DNA from: Chrysomallon squamiferum
Taxonomy: Eukaryota > Animalia > Mollusca
Assembly: GCA_012295275.1 (NCBI GenBank)
Contig: CM022676.1
Coordinates: 10,726,001-10,790,000, forward strand
Direction of reading: 5' to 3'
Length of the DNA: 64,000 nt
Under the pieces are notes generated by a model. It searched no databases and was not told the DNA's origin. It saw only the letters and a program-made list of their open reading frames with translations. Both the position numbers and the translations under genes were made by a program. Positions 25,119 through 39,800 of this stretch are shown piece by piece. How positions within the stretch are numbered: position 1 is the stretch's first letter; each line of letters opens with the position of its first letter.

Positions 25119-26055
25119 AATAGGTTATATATTATGACTACATGAATAGGGAAAATAATAATGTAAACAAATTATTTAGATTTTTGATTTCGAAGACGCT
25201 AAAATCCACTTCCGGTGATATCAAAGACTAAAATTTAATTAAAATTCTAAAAACGGTTAAAGGGAAAAAGTTGGAAAGAACCATTTTACTAATTAATCAG
25301 TTTATGTGTTCTAGTGCCTAATCAGAATAACTAAATTTAACGTCCATCTGTTGTAATTATATATGTAATTAAATTTTGTACACATTCAAAATCTTGACAG
25401 ACTGAGTAAATCAGTGTAAAAATAATTTCTTATTCAGTCTGTCAGAATTTTGTTTCATTTCACTGTACTGAATTACGTCACGTTAAAAGATTAATATATG
25501 AGCTTCTCAATATACACACACTAATTTATACTTTATTATTAGAAAAAACTCATAGCCACAAATGAATAAGAAAAAATAACATGAGGCATAGAAAGTGAAG
25601 CTATTATTGTCAAACTTTATTATTAGAAAAGCTTTGTGTTCAGTGTTAAATGAAATAATGACATGGAAATATAGAATTATTTTGATGATACTGCTCAGTG
25701 TTAACTAACCTTTAAGATGAACAAATTTAAATTGTGTTGAAAATTTATAAAATTTACTTTACAATATTTGTGTTGTTCCTCCATAAATACATGTTCAGAA
25801 GGAACAATACGATGGAAGAGTAATATAAGAAGAACTGAGGATATTTGTTTATACCGCCATTAAGTACACTTTTATGAAAAAACGTCGTTTTAGAAGTGTT
25901 TGAAACCTAGATTAGATTCTTTCTTCTTACCACCAAAGACACCATGAACACTGGTTATTGGGGGAGGGGGAATTATATATATAAATATAATAAATAATTT
26001 GGAAGGATATATAAAAAAAATATTTAGTCTGTTAGTCCAATCTGCCAGAAACTTC

Positions 26056-26112
<57 letters not shown>

Positions 26113-26258
26113 AAAATTAAAATTAAAATTAAAATTAAATTTAAAAAGACTACGACAAATCGTATACAAAAAATTCTATATCAGATGTCAGTTTTAGAAT
26201 TTAAAAAAAAACAAAAAACAAACACAATATGGCCTCTCTTTGTTTGTCATTGTTTTTC

Positions 26259-27451
26259 TCAGTGAGTTGAAATTTCCAAATCTCTTTCTCCAGTTTTGTT
26301 CTGGCTTATCGGACTAAGTTTTTCCCTGTTCAAGATGGGTTTCAGTTTTCGCGGTAACTGAGCACGCGCTGCACGAGATCCAGAACGTTTGTCCGGCACG
26401 TGCAGGGGCGCGGGCTGGGTGGTTCCGTCACGCGCAATGGTGAAACGTGAATATTTCGACAGAACTTTCTCGAAAGCGTCTGCATATAGCTTTTCTTTCC
26501 CTAACTTCGGTTTGAGATTATTTCCCAAGTCTGTGACACTCTGAGGTTTATGGTGACTTATCTTTGGTTTGTTTTCTTGATGCTCTAACAGCTGGAAAGA
26601 CGATTTCGTTTCCGGTCCGCGTTTTACCTTCACCGACGACGACTTCCCCTCCTTGAATAACCTGTAACCGTCTGCAGGCCGAACTATGTCCGCCTCGCTC
26701 TTAATCCTCCGACGCGCTTCCGACGTCATCAGCTTCCGAGACCTCTTCACGGCTATGTCTATGACGTCATTTTCGTCAGCTTTCTCGACAGGATCGGATG
26801 TTGTTGCGCGACTGCTAATTCTGGCCGCTTCAACATGGCGCCGGTTTTCGTCGTTGCCATGGTAACCGCCGTACCGTTCTCCTCCTTTGTCGTTCGAAAG
26901 TAACACGAACGCGTCGCTTGTCGTCTGCGCGGATCTTTTGAAAGCACTCTCAGGTACGGCTGAATCATCGTCGTCGAACTGTAATCCGTTATCTAAATCG
27001 ATAACCTCTATCTCACCTTCTAGCGAACTGTCGTCACTGTCACTCGATAAGCCGTTGACACGCATGTACATCGCCTGTCCGGCGGACTTCGGTCTCGCCA
27101 GGTTGACCGCAAACGTTTCGTCCTTGGTGTTCTCATCTGACCAGTCTTTCGAGTGATGCATGTCGAAGGTGCTGAAAGAGTCCAGCTGACGTTTCGACGG
27201 AGTCTTTTTCGACGTGCTCCTGTTGCTTTGGCTCGGCGCGTGAAAGCCGCCGTAGCTTGAAATCTGTTTCTCCGTCTGATACGTGTATTTTCGTGGAATC
27301 AGTTTCCTAGGGGACAAACCAAAAGGATTTCTCACCTTCTCGCTGTCGCCCAACGCGTCATTTTCTCGCGTCTTCTTTCTTCTGCGCAGCAGGCCCTTCT
27401 CCAGGCTTCGGTTGATGGCGCCGTTACGCATCGTTTCGAGTTCTTCGAAGT
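26259..27451 (-). CDS. Gene C terminal coding exon
   Basis: Longest non-repetitive ORF in the window (390 aa from the internal Met), elevated GC, polypyrimidine acceptor upstream. Confidence 0.85.
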
Positions 27452-27865
27452 CTTGAGGAATGAGAAAAATAAAAAAATATTAATTATGTTAAAGATGTAT
27501 TTTAAATGTGCTCCATGCAGCCGCATGAAGTGTGTCTATATCTGAATGTGCGCTGGAGCATGCGTGTGTGTGTGGGTGTGGGTGTGTGTCTTTGTGTATA
27601 TGATTATGTGTTTATTGTGTGTGCATTTATGTGCATGTGTGGGTGTTCGTAAGCATGTGTGCATTTCCTACAAACCACTCTTACTGTGCAACGCCTTTCA
27701 ATTCCTGTAATATTACATTACTTTATTATGTCATACTGTACTTACTATAGGACTGTATTAAATAATATTTTGTTATCCTATATTAAATTACTTTACATTA
27801 CATTTACATTATATTTACATTGTATTATATTATGCCATATAATTCTTTCACATTATTAAAACAAT

Positions 27866-27930
<65 letters not shown>

Positions 27931-28326
27931 TGTCAATGATTCGAGCCCTAAATATAGCGTATTTCACTCCCATCGTTTTATTCTATTTGTTATTTTATTA
28001 TTATTATTATTTATTTAGATTGTTTTTGTTGCTTTTTTTTATTATTTAAAAAAAAAAAAAAAAAAAAAAAAAGCTTAAAAATTCCCTTGATTATAATCTG
28101 TGTTTTTACATGAACATAACACAGCGTGCTAAATCTATATTTTATTGTAGATTCTTGTTTACTTAAGGAGACAGATACTAAGACTGTGTTGTAAGTAGAA
28201 AAAGTGCAAGAGAATATTGATTTCGGATTAATCAAATAACGTCATTATGAAGGAAAATAGAGAGTAGGTGTGGTGTCTAGTTAGCGTTAGTGTTTAATAA
28301 TTATTATATCTACAAATATAATGTAT

Positions 28327-28366
<40 letters not shown>

Positions 28367-28388
28367 GATACATAGAAAGATATATATG

Positions 28389-28423
<35 letters not shown>

Positions 28424-28720
28424 GAAACACAAAGATATTAGGAAAATGATGCAAAAAAGAAAATATATAATTATATATGCCCAAATTTACGCGTATACAA
28501 TATAATAATAAACTAAACTATATGAGAATGATGTAGAATTTATGTTTTAATTTATACATAGAAAATATTAATCAGTCTAATACAGAGCCATAATTCTCTG
28601 TTTTTGTCTGTCTGTCCCTACGAATGTACATACATATGTATCTTTGTAAGTACAGATACATACACACACATATATGTGTGTGTATTTGTACATATACATG
28701 TGTGTGTATACGTGTATGTT

Positions 28721-28768
<48 letters not shown>

Positions 28769-29335
28769 ATGTAGTTTCAATTACACTGAAGTTCAGTATC
28801 ATATTAACCATATAAAGCACAATCAACAAAGCTTCACGTTATCTTTGTTTTATGGAGAATTTACACAGATCTTCAACAGGAGTATAAACTCTTATTTATC
28901 AGTGTCTCGGCTGATAGAAACCATGACAACGTTAGTAAACACGCGATAAATCGCTGTCCATTACGTAATTCGGGAGTTTGAAATAAACAGCTGTAGCACG
29001 AAGAAGTATGTGTTGGGTGAAAGCGTAGATAAAATACTGTCTAAGGTTAAAGGTCATATAAACATTTTATATGTTCCGGCGTGTTTAAATCCAGTCCGGT
29101 ATTTTGTTAATTCATGCATAACAGGCGGTTCTGTCATAAGATAATCTTTATTTTAATTTTTCTCATATCGTCCCTTTTTTCTTTTTCTTTTACTTCTTTT
29201 TTTTATTTTTTTTTAATTTATATTTTGTTTTACCTGTTTTTCTTTTCTTTCGTTCTCTTCTTCATTATACTGAAACAAATAACTCGTGTTGCCTGAATCC
29301 GTGCATATATATATGCATGTACGTTTGTGCGTGTG

Positions 29336-29376
<41 letters not shown>

Positions 29377-29380
29377 ATAT

Positions 29381-29414
<34 letters not shown>

Positions 29415-29818
29415 GTTTGTGCGTTAATCGTTATGCATTAATCGTTATAGAAGGACGATATTTATAATAGTAATTACGACAACAACAACAACTACTACTA
29501 CTTTAGTTACTCTACCTTCACTTGTTCGTCTTTTCTTTTCCTCTTTGTCGCTCTTTCCGGTAATCAGTGGTTCGTTTTTACTAGACTATCGCTGAACTCA
29601 TTAATGACGTCACTGCTGGTTTTTTCTCTGTTGTCTCTTCCTAATATTCTTATTCCATTGCCGGACACGAACTTACGTCCTGGTTTCGCCTGTCGTAAAA
29701 CGGATAACGAATCTTTTCCCATCATCCCTCTGTTACGCTTGACGTCTGCTCTGTTCACAATCTGTTCAGTCGTCGGACGTGAAAACTGCAAATTCTGATA
29801 CTCAAAATCGTTCGACAT
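26259..29818 (-). CDS. Gene C: two-exon uncharacterised low-complexity (K/R/S/D-rich) protein, about 498 aa; 1-nt deletion in an A5 run of exon 1
   Basis: Exon 1 is 29818-29516 (MSNDFEYQ...SLVK/NEPLITGKSDKEEKKRRTSE, donor gtagag). Exon 2 is 27451-26259 (acceptor ttcctcaag; DFEELETMRNGAIN...EISTH*), a 1.19-kb GC-richer open frame. Phases match only if one A is restored at 29575-29579. Confidence 0.75.
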
Positions 29819-30456
29819 TTTATATCATTTTTCTTTTTAATTTCTTATTTACATCTGCCATCTTCAGACCTCCCAAGCTGCGGCTACAGTAGCAAAAGGA
29901 TCTTTGTCGTTTTTCTTTTTCTTTTTTATTTTTATTTTTTACCCCTTTTCTTTCTACATTTTTCAAACAGCTTTTCTCAGTTTGTTGCACGATCGACAAA
30001 TAAACGTAAAAGGGTGTAAATGGATGGAAACAAAAGATTCGACAGGTCCTATAATTGGTTTTAATGACATGAAAAGAGATCGGTCTTCAACTGGGCAGAT
30101 GTTGTGTGACCAAACTGTCAGGAAACCCCCCCACACGCGACGTATCAAATTTACTGCGGAACTAGTCAAGTGATGCACGAGACGTCAGTCAGCTGTCAGC
30201 TTAATCTGTACGTAATCTTTTCGTTCCACTTCGGCGCTTTTCGGAATCGATTAACCTAAAGAAGAAGACTGTATTTTGTTTTGTTTTTTTCTTTTCATTT
30301 TTATGAAATTAATTTACATCGAAGTAACCACTGACATGTATGTATATATGTGTGTGTTATTAATTTTAATATAAAAAGTATTGTATAAAATTTATAAAAA
30401 ATATTGTATTATTACAAAATAATTGTATTTAAAAAAAAGTTTTGTTTTATGTGTGT

Positions 30457-30538
<82 letters not shown>

Positions 30539-31049
30539 ATATATATATATTAAGATAATAATGTTTTAAAAAATGTGAAAACTGAAAAACTATAAAACAA
30601 ATCTTACTTTTTTAGTTTCTTTCTTTTTTTTTTTAATCCTTTAAACACTGCTAAAAAACATTTCCTTTGCACAACCTTTCTCTTTTCCTCATCGCTATGA
30701 TTACATTAAATGCTACCGTCACATACCCGTTTTGAAATTCTTCGCCTTGTTTACTTCACTTCATTCTTGATCCATTTTTTTTTTTTTTTTTTTACTTTTA
30801 ATCCGAGCAAATGAAAAGACGTCTGCTAAAATTTATAACTCACAGCACACATCAAAACAACAGCGCTACAAAAATAGATAAAAATCAATTTTGGTTTTAC
30901 TTTGTTACAGCCAACAGAGGCTTTGTTTTTCGAGCAGACGATTATGCAGCGTTCTGCAATCTGCGCGAGCTCTGTGAATTAACAGACGACATCTACGCTA
31001 TGCATGATAAACACGGAGCTAATCGTAACAAAAAAAAAAAAAAAAAACC

Positions 31050-31622
31050 ATCACGTGACCACGGATGAACAGAAGTGGAATTACTAAACGGCCAATGGGC
31101 TTTAACAAATAGCAGTATTCTATTGGAGTGTCTTCATCAATTGTGAACAATAACGTCATCAGAGTTGTTTCCCTTAACTATGTTTTATGGAAGCAAGCTG
31201 TAAACGGATGTTTTACTGGCTTGTTCGGTTCGGATATTATTATATATATATTTTTAAACATACACCGTAAATTCGATATTGATGTTTATAGCAACTGTAG
31301 ATAACAAATAAAGAACAGTAACGGATTTATTGTCATAAGATAACTCTTTTCAGGTCACGAAGACTAATGAATAGTTACGATTTCGTGACTTCGAAATTAC
31401 TCATGGGCATTTCTGCGTAATTTCAGTTCGTAATTAGCGCAGAAACAAGATTGACGGGCACTTAACTTTGATACGGATCCACACCTGTGACGTCAGCTAA
31501 TGACGTAGGGAGAATCATTTAATCATTTCTGAAAAAGTATTTGGACAATGAGATTTATTAGTATGGATGACATTTAAACAAAATTTGAGAATTATTGGAA
31601 AAATAAAAAATGAATAATAATA

Positions 31623-31660
<38 letters not shown>

Positions 31661-31740
31661 TAGAAATGAAAAGAAAGTTTCGTATTTATTTTGTGTTCAT
31701 TTATGACGAAAGCTAAAATGGTTACACAATTATCTGGGGT

Positions 31741-31775
<35 letters not shown>

Positions 31776-31923
31776 TTTGTCGTCAGAACCCTGTTGCTGG
31801 TTACATGTTCACTAACTTGATTATCCAGAACAACACAAAAACCGGTTTTAATTCTTAATTAAATCAATAAACAAACAATAGTGAATCTATTAGCAATCTA
31901 ACTTTTTTTTTTTTTTTTTTTTT

Positions 31924-31979
<56 letters not shown>

Positions 31980-32430
31980 TTAGATTATTATAAAGATATA
32001 CACCTCATCATATTTATAATTAGTTTAAGTATATATATATATATATATATATATATGACTCGACAGTTTGTATAATACAGGCGGGAATTTCTCCGTTCCA
32101 CTTTTTAAATCGCAGAAGTAAAATCGATGACAAATTGCGAGACAGCCCGTCGTGTTGTCATGGCAACAGGACGCCTAACAACAATAACAAAATGAGAAAC
32201 TGATGTTCGGTTTAATTACATGAAAGTTGCAATGTCATCTTATCGATTTCACTCAATTCAGTGTCAATTTAGCGTTACGACAGTCGTCAAACACTGCGCG
32301 AGCGGAACCAAATCACGTGACTGTGCCGAATACCGGACAACGTCTTCCGCCCGATCCGAATTTAACCGAGTTTACGGAGTTTAGTTTCTTCTACTGGTGC
32401 AGACGTAAATCTGGCAACAGAGCATTTTCT
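31050..32430. promoter_or_regulatory. CpG-richer candidate promoter region upstream of gene C (possibly bidirectional)
   Basis: TCACGTGAC at about 31051 and about 32313, CCAAT and ATTGG at 31092-31126, TGACGTCA at about 31488, X-box GTTGTCATGGCAAC at 32154-32167. Confidence 0.45.
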
Positions 32431-32552
32431 AGTAAGCTATTTATCACTGTCCTTTGGGGGAAAGTGGAAGTTAATTTTCTTTAATAAAGTGCACTTGCCC
32501 CTTTCATAGGCGGGTTCCGACGATAAAAGTACAAGCGATCTATCTACAGAGT

Positions 32553-32614
<62 letters not shown>

Positions 32615-33259
32615 TACACACACTCTGCAAAACACATTTGTATGTACTATAAGCCCAGTGGTGCGGACATTAAACTTGCATATGAGCTATTATCTCATGT
32701 ACAGATGTTAAAGCTGCTTATTTGTTTAATCTACGTAATGGTATTCTGCATCTCCAGGGTCCACTCGTTCGGATGTGATGACATATTATTTTCTTAGTAA
32801 CATTTATATATATATATATAGGTCCCTTGTTGATGTGATCGTTGACTTTATTAATGTAGTATTATATTTTAAATAAAGACTTCCTTCTTAGGAAACTCGT
32901 CTTAATTATCCATCTACCTGTTTATTTACCTGTCTGCCTGTCTGTCTTTCTGTCTGTCTGTCTATCTGTCTATCTATCTATCTGTATATTTTTATATTTG
33001 CCTACCTATCTACTTGTGCATCAGTATGTCTGCCTCTAGTTATCTATCTGCCTATCTCTTTATCCATAATAGATACACATATATACGTATCTTTCTGTCT
33101 TTCTGTGTGTCTGTATAATCTATCTGTATATCTGTATGTCTCTATGTCTGTCTGTCTGTCAGTCTATATCTGTGTATCTCTTTCAGACACAAATCCCAAA
33201 TACACATAAGTGATAAAATATTTACGATTCCGAAGAGAAAACACACACACACTCACACA

Positions 33260-33381
<122 letters not shown>

Positions 33382-33698
33382 GAGCTGACCATGAATTAAT
33401 AAAAGAGTAAAACTGAAAACAAATATCGACTCGTGTGCTCAGAAACAGCGAAACGTCACACATCATTTAACGACGACATCAACAGTAACGTGAGCCCTAC
33501 AACGAGAGTGACTGCTACGTTTTGTTCAGAACGTTCCAGAACTTATTTGTTTATTTATTTAATTAATTATCTGTTGTTATTATTATTATTATTGTTAATA
33601 TTATTATTATTATTACTATTATTATTAGTATTAGTAGTAGTAGTAGTTGTAGTAGTAATACTACTACTGTTACTATTATTACTATTATTACTAAGACA

Positions 33699-33748
<50 letters not shown>

Positions 33749-33813
33749 TCGGTTCCTGTTCCTGTATTAGACTAGTGCACATTTTCATTGCAATATAAAA
33801 GAGCATGCGCACA

Positions 33814-33847
<34 letters not shown>

Positions 33848-33893
33848 CAGATATATATATAAATACAGACATATACATATACATTAATCCATA

Positions 33894-34121
33894 TTAAATA
33901 TTGATGTTGGTGTCAGTACCGACATCATAAAAGTATCAATTTCTGCAAAACTTCACCTTGGCTCGTTTGTTTCTGTTTCAGTATTTTTCTGACGTCCTGT
34001 CTCACCATTTCTAGTCATAATTTTGGCAAATTTGCTAAATTTTGAACCTTACGAAAAATGGGTGTCCCACTCTTGAGGTTTATTTGCACATTATCGATGT
34101 AGGTAATAAAATATTAATCAT
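33894..34121. mobile_element. About 228-nt dispersed element (non-autonomous transposon-like), copy 1
   Basis: Near-identical inverted copy at 51211-51437; subterminal hairpin gatgttggt-gtcagt-accgacatc. Confidence 0.55.
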
Positions 34122-34887
34122 GAATTATGAATGTTTGCATAATATTAAATTTAACTAGGGATAATGAACATTGGTTTTAGACCAGGGATAATGAACATTG
34201 GTTTTAGACCAATACCACTTTTCTTATTGCGATTCATACAAAAATACGCTGTAAAATGTTATCTTAATTAATCACAACAGTATTTAAACCAGTCTGCCTG
34301 AGGAATTTTCTTGTTTTTATTCTCTTTTATGATTATTTTTATGTATTTTGTGTAACCGTGAAAAACATGACTTGCTCATCAAAACCGTCAAAGTACTAAT
34401 TTTGATCAAACGATGCACAAATGTTCAACCCTCAACCATCATCTATAAATAGACACACTGCTTTGTCCAGTGGAGATATCACCAGCCAGTCATAAAGCAG
34501 ACACTGTGGTATCACACTATGAAATGAATCAGTACTTAGTATTGTAATACATAAATGGATATGGTAATTCAACAGCTGAAGAACAATACAGTTCCGACAG
34601 ATGACTGATGAACATTTCAGTTTTTGAAGAAACACATTCATTCATATTTAAGAAACCAACTAAATAAATAAGACACCACTCAAATTAATTCGATCATAAA
34701 CATACATACACACACACAGACATACATACACATATGTACAGACTGATCTTTTCAGACTTCAAACCACTAATTTCTAATAAATCAGCTGTTACAGCAGATG
34801 CGTGTAATTCCAGAAACTTTCTGAAATTATGTTCCTCGTTAAAATGCTCTCGTCCCAGTGTTAATTTCATTCATTAGGGTTCAAAAT

Positions 34888-35102
<215 letters not shown>

Positions 35103-35414
35103 ATATGAAAACTTTCTATAAAAGATGAGACACAGACCACTTAAAGTTATAGGTGCAGGTATGAAGTGTGTTGCAGTCAATCTGTATAACTTAAAAAAAA
35201 TTCAGCCATTTCACGCAATGCCTACAACTGTGCACCGATCATTTCATGAAATAACTGAAAATGATTCCATTCCATTGGACACAGACATTACCTGAATGTC
35301 ACAGTGTCAGCACCTAAGGTTCAGTATAGCTTAGAAAATGTCTGCATGCATTACAGATATTATTTTATATAAAAACATTAATAATGAATACATTTTAAAA
35401 AAGTGAAAACAAAA

Positions 35415-35460
<46 letters not shown>

Positions 35461-35985
35461 GAATACTCATTTTTAAGCTCGCCGGTTCCCATAATTCAAA
35501 CTTGCTGCATGGTAATACAGATTGTATTCCCTGCAAAAGAATTAGACTCGTCCAAACGTATTCCGGTATTAAAGGTAGCCTTGAATGTTGCGTCTTGTAG
35601 TAAAATAGAACATAATTTGGTGAGTTATTATTATTATTATTATTTTTATTAAACAAGGGAATGATTTGTAAATCAGTGTAAGTAATATACTACAGGGACA
35701 TGAGCAAATATTATCCTGTGTCCTTATTTATAAATACAGTATAATGATAGGAAAGAGTTTGAATTGTAACCCCAACCCCGCTGTTTAATCGTGCTAAAGA
35801 GAAATTTGAAGGAAATAGTATATGAAGGTGTAGATTTTTTTTTTTTTTTTTTTTATTTTTTTTTTTTTTCTGTGGGCAAATTATAAAAGAAAGATCTATA
35901 TATGCATATGTAATCTAGCTGTTTATGTCAACTCGGTTAATACTTGGATTATATTTATCTTGCGTTAATGTCAGTGCCAATATTA

Positions 35986-36008
35986 TGAGGTCATTCTAGA
36001 TGACGTCA
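35986..36008 (+). promoter_or_regulatory. CRE-type motifs upstream of D1, conserved with D2
   Basis: TGAGGTCA at 35986 and TGACGTCA at 36001; the paralogous region of D2 has TGACGTCA at 45338 and 45371. Confidence 0.4.
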
Positions 36009-36419
36009 GACCAGTTTCGTTAAAAGCGCTGTACACACTTTTGACTATTGTTGCGCTGAACTAACTAACCGAAGTTTTAGAAATGCATAAAGTGACACTT
36101 ACATGATGTATTTTCCACTTTACCGATTATTACTAATGTTGATTTCATCAAATTCTTTGATTTAATAATATCAACCAGTTTGTAGTGGTTGAATTCTACA
36201 AGATCAATGAAAACATTCAATTTTATTTTATCAAAATGAAATTTGTAGTACATCCATCCAGGTGTTGATACTCCAGGACTCCAATACAATTTTTAATGGT
36301 TTGTTTTATCTCTAAAAAATGTAAATAGTTCGAGAAACTAGACGTTAACAGTTTTCGAATCATATCAGTGAAGCTGCTATACTTATTTTCCCGAAATGTT
36401 GCATTTTGATTAATCTTGC

Positions 36420-36459
<40 letters not shown>

Positions 36460-36837
36460 ATTTAATAGTTTTTATTTTCAGTTGTAATGGACCAAATAAC
36501 ATAAAATGCCCTTTAAGTTGATTGGCTCAGATTATAATAAAATTTAGTTGCTAAGGTTTCGGGGTCTAAAGATTTGTTGTCTAAAGATTCGACCAAAATC
36601 GTAATTTCTGAAGGACGACATTTCCAGAAGTATTGATCTAATAAATGTAGAGTGTGATATTTAAATGTAAAACAGTTTTTATCAGAATCTGAATCAGTCA
36701 GGTTAAAACCTGTGTTTGATCCTAAATATGATTTATATGCAAATATACCAGTTCTAATTCTCATCATTATGGTCTGAGTAATTTATATTTTTCACCATAA
36801 ACATTGCATGTTGGTTTTTCTATATGTTTTGCAGATT

Positions 36838-39800
36838 ATGAAGATTATGAAATTGGAAATTATCCTAATTTTTGTATGCACTGCATGTCCTAAAAGTACT
36901 TTAGGTGAGTTAAAACATCAATTTTTTTTTTTAAATTCAGAAAACATTCCTACATGTTTCAAATAATTATTACCTCCATTATGCTTTTACACAGAGATCT
37001 AATCTGTCAATTTTAGTTTAGTGGATGACGCTTTTATTTTCTTACAAATTTAAAAACTACTACTACTACTAATAATAATAATAAAATAAAATAAAATAAA
37101 ATAAAATAAAACAAAGCAAAATAAAATAATAAATAAAAATAATAATAATAAAAAAAGAAAACCAAAAATAATAAATTAAAAACAAATCATCTGTTGAAAT
37201 TTTAATTAAAAAAAGTTACAAGAAACATACATAACTGTGCTCTCATTTCTTACAGCCAGATAGCAGAATTGAAACCCATCAATATGTAAATATGTATATA
37301 TATATATGTATATATATATGTATATATATATATATATGGTTGTGATGATTATATAAGATCGTGTATAGTATGAACTGGGTCAGAAGTGGTCTGAAGATTT
37401 TGAAATTTTGTTAATAATAAATGACTTACATTAATCATACATTGGATATCAATTAAGGACAGATTTTCATGTTTTTATTTAATTGTTTATTTTATTTTAT
37501 TTTATGTTAATTATTATTATTATTATTTTGTATTTGTTTTGGAATAATAAATAAATAAAAAAAAACGAAAGAAAAAGAAAACCAATTTTAGTTATGGTTG
37601 TAACTGACATTAAACCAACACACTTTTAAATGTAAAACAATAAACAGTCATACACATTCACACAGTCTTACTACGCTATTTCATGTCAGTATGTCATAAC
37701 ACAATCTGAAGACTCAGTTCTAAAAGGATCATCATTGACACTTACGTGTAATACTGGAAGCAATACAACTGGAATAGCTTGGAATCGCGATGGTATTAAT
37801 ACCCTTCTAGTCCAAGGATCAGGTACAAGTTGTGAGGGAGATAAGCCAGCACAATACAACTACACATGTTCTGAAGGTATTATATACAACTTAACAATAC
37901 GTAATATCCAGTTCAGTGAAAATGGAATAGAATGGAAATGTCAGGCTTTATTTGGAGGAAATGACAGTAATATCGTAATAGTAAATGTCACTGGTAAGTA
38001 ATTATAGTTGTATGTATGAGGTTGACATCTTTATCCGATCATAAAGAAATTATAAAGAAACATTTCATACATATTCAGCACACATTTTAATGATAACCTA
38101 ATTGAAAATGTAACTTTTATTTTTAATCTTCTTAACTTGCAATAAAGGAAACTTTTTTAATTGTTTTTTTTTTTTTTGAGAATTTATATTTTCATTCTTT
38201 CTCGTGTTTGTTTTATAGTAATTGACTAAAAAAGAAATAATAAAAACATGTATCTTGCAAAATTTTGTTTTCAAAATATTCAATAACAAGAGTTCCTAAT
38301 TCACTAATGAATTTAAAAGTGTATTAGCAATTACTCATTAAAAGTGGATTATTTTAAAACATCAAACTAAACATGATACATGTTTTTTAAATCAACTTAA
38401 TATGAATTTAATAAGAAAGAATGACAGCAAAACTAAAGAAATGTATTCTTAGTTAGAAGTGATATATGTGTTATGTTTCTGGTGATTAAGAGGAACTTTC
38501 AGAATTAATTGAAAAAAAAGAAAAGCAATAGATAGTGATATAACTCGGTATGTTTTAGACCTATGAAGGAAAATAAAATGTTCTGTGTTCAACTGAATTA
38601 ACGATATCAAGCACTAGTCTGCATAAAACACCATTTACTTTAGTGAAAAATACCCTTCCAATATAGAGATGCATGCAAAAAGAAAAATAATAATAATAGT
38701 AAAAAGCTCCTAATTTCACTGTCAAGACTGAAAAATTAGAGTCCAAAAAGCGATTTTGTTGTATTGATATTTCCTAACTACCTTGAAACATTGAAAAAAA
38801 ATTAACGTGCTAATCAGAGCAAGCTGTTGTGAAGCACGTCTACGACGGGCACGCTTTCTGACAGGTCAGCGGGCGTGTCTGTCGCAGAGTTCCAAACAAC
38901 CACCAAAAAACTCTCCTCTTTTAGAGCCCTGTGGCGCAATGAATGCTTCGGTGGGTTACGCTACGGCACATTTAACTGCATCATACGTCTCTTCAGGTGA
39001 CAGGAAGTAAAGAGGAGCTACATCAGTTTTCTCAGGTCGTTTTATCAGTGTTCACTGTGACAGCACTGAAAAACTTCGCACTTCTTGAGAAGATTTTATT
39101 GGAGCGAAATCGTCTTAGAAACATTGGCGGCTTCCTGTATCTTACTGACAATCTTGCCACACATCTTTTTCTATAATTCTCTTGTTGTGCTCATAAGTCT
39201 TGAAAAAAGGCTGTCTCAGAACTTATCCTGCAGCTCAGTAATTGAAAGTATATAATTAAAAGCGAGGGACATTTATACTTGACAAACTCAAATGTTTTGA
39301 TCGCTAATCTCTTTTGCAGAACATTTGTGTTGGGAGCTACCTAAGGATTTGTAACACTTAATGCTTAGATATGTTTCAAGCAATTAACAAGTATTCTCAT
39401 GCAACTTGTACAAGCATTCTGTCTTGTTAGTTGTTTCAAAGTGATAATTTACATCAAATGCTGCTCAAATGTGTATGATTCCTAAAATGTTTACTTATTA
39501 AACATAATTTCAGAAAGATTCAGGAATTACATGCATCTGCTGTAACAGCTGATTTATTAGAAATTAGTGGTTTGAAGTCTGAAAAGATCAGTCTATACAT
39601 ATGTGTGTATGTCTGTGTGTGTGTATGTATGTTTATGATCGAAATAATTTGAGTGGTGTCTTATTTATTTTGTTGGTTTCTTAAATATGAATGAATGTGT
39701 TTCTTCAAAAACTGAAATGTTCATCATTCATTTGTCGGAACTGTATTGTTCTTCAGCTGTTGAATTACCATATCCATTTATGTATTACAATACTAAGTAC

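Noticed and set aside
29564-29566. In-frame TGA in gene C exon 1 as selenocysteine or read-through
   Set aside because: Read-through would end in phase 0, but exon 2 needs phase 1; a 1-nt homopolymer deletion explains the data better.
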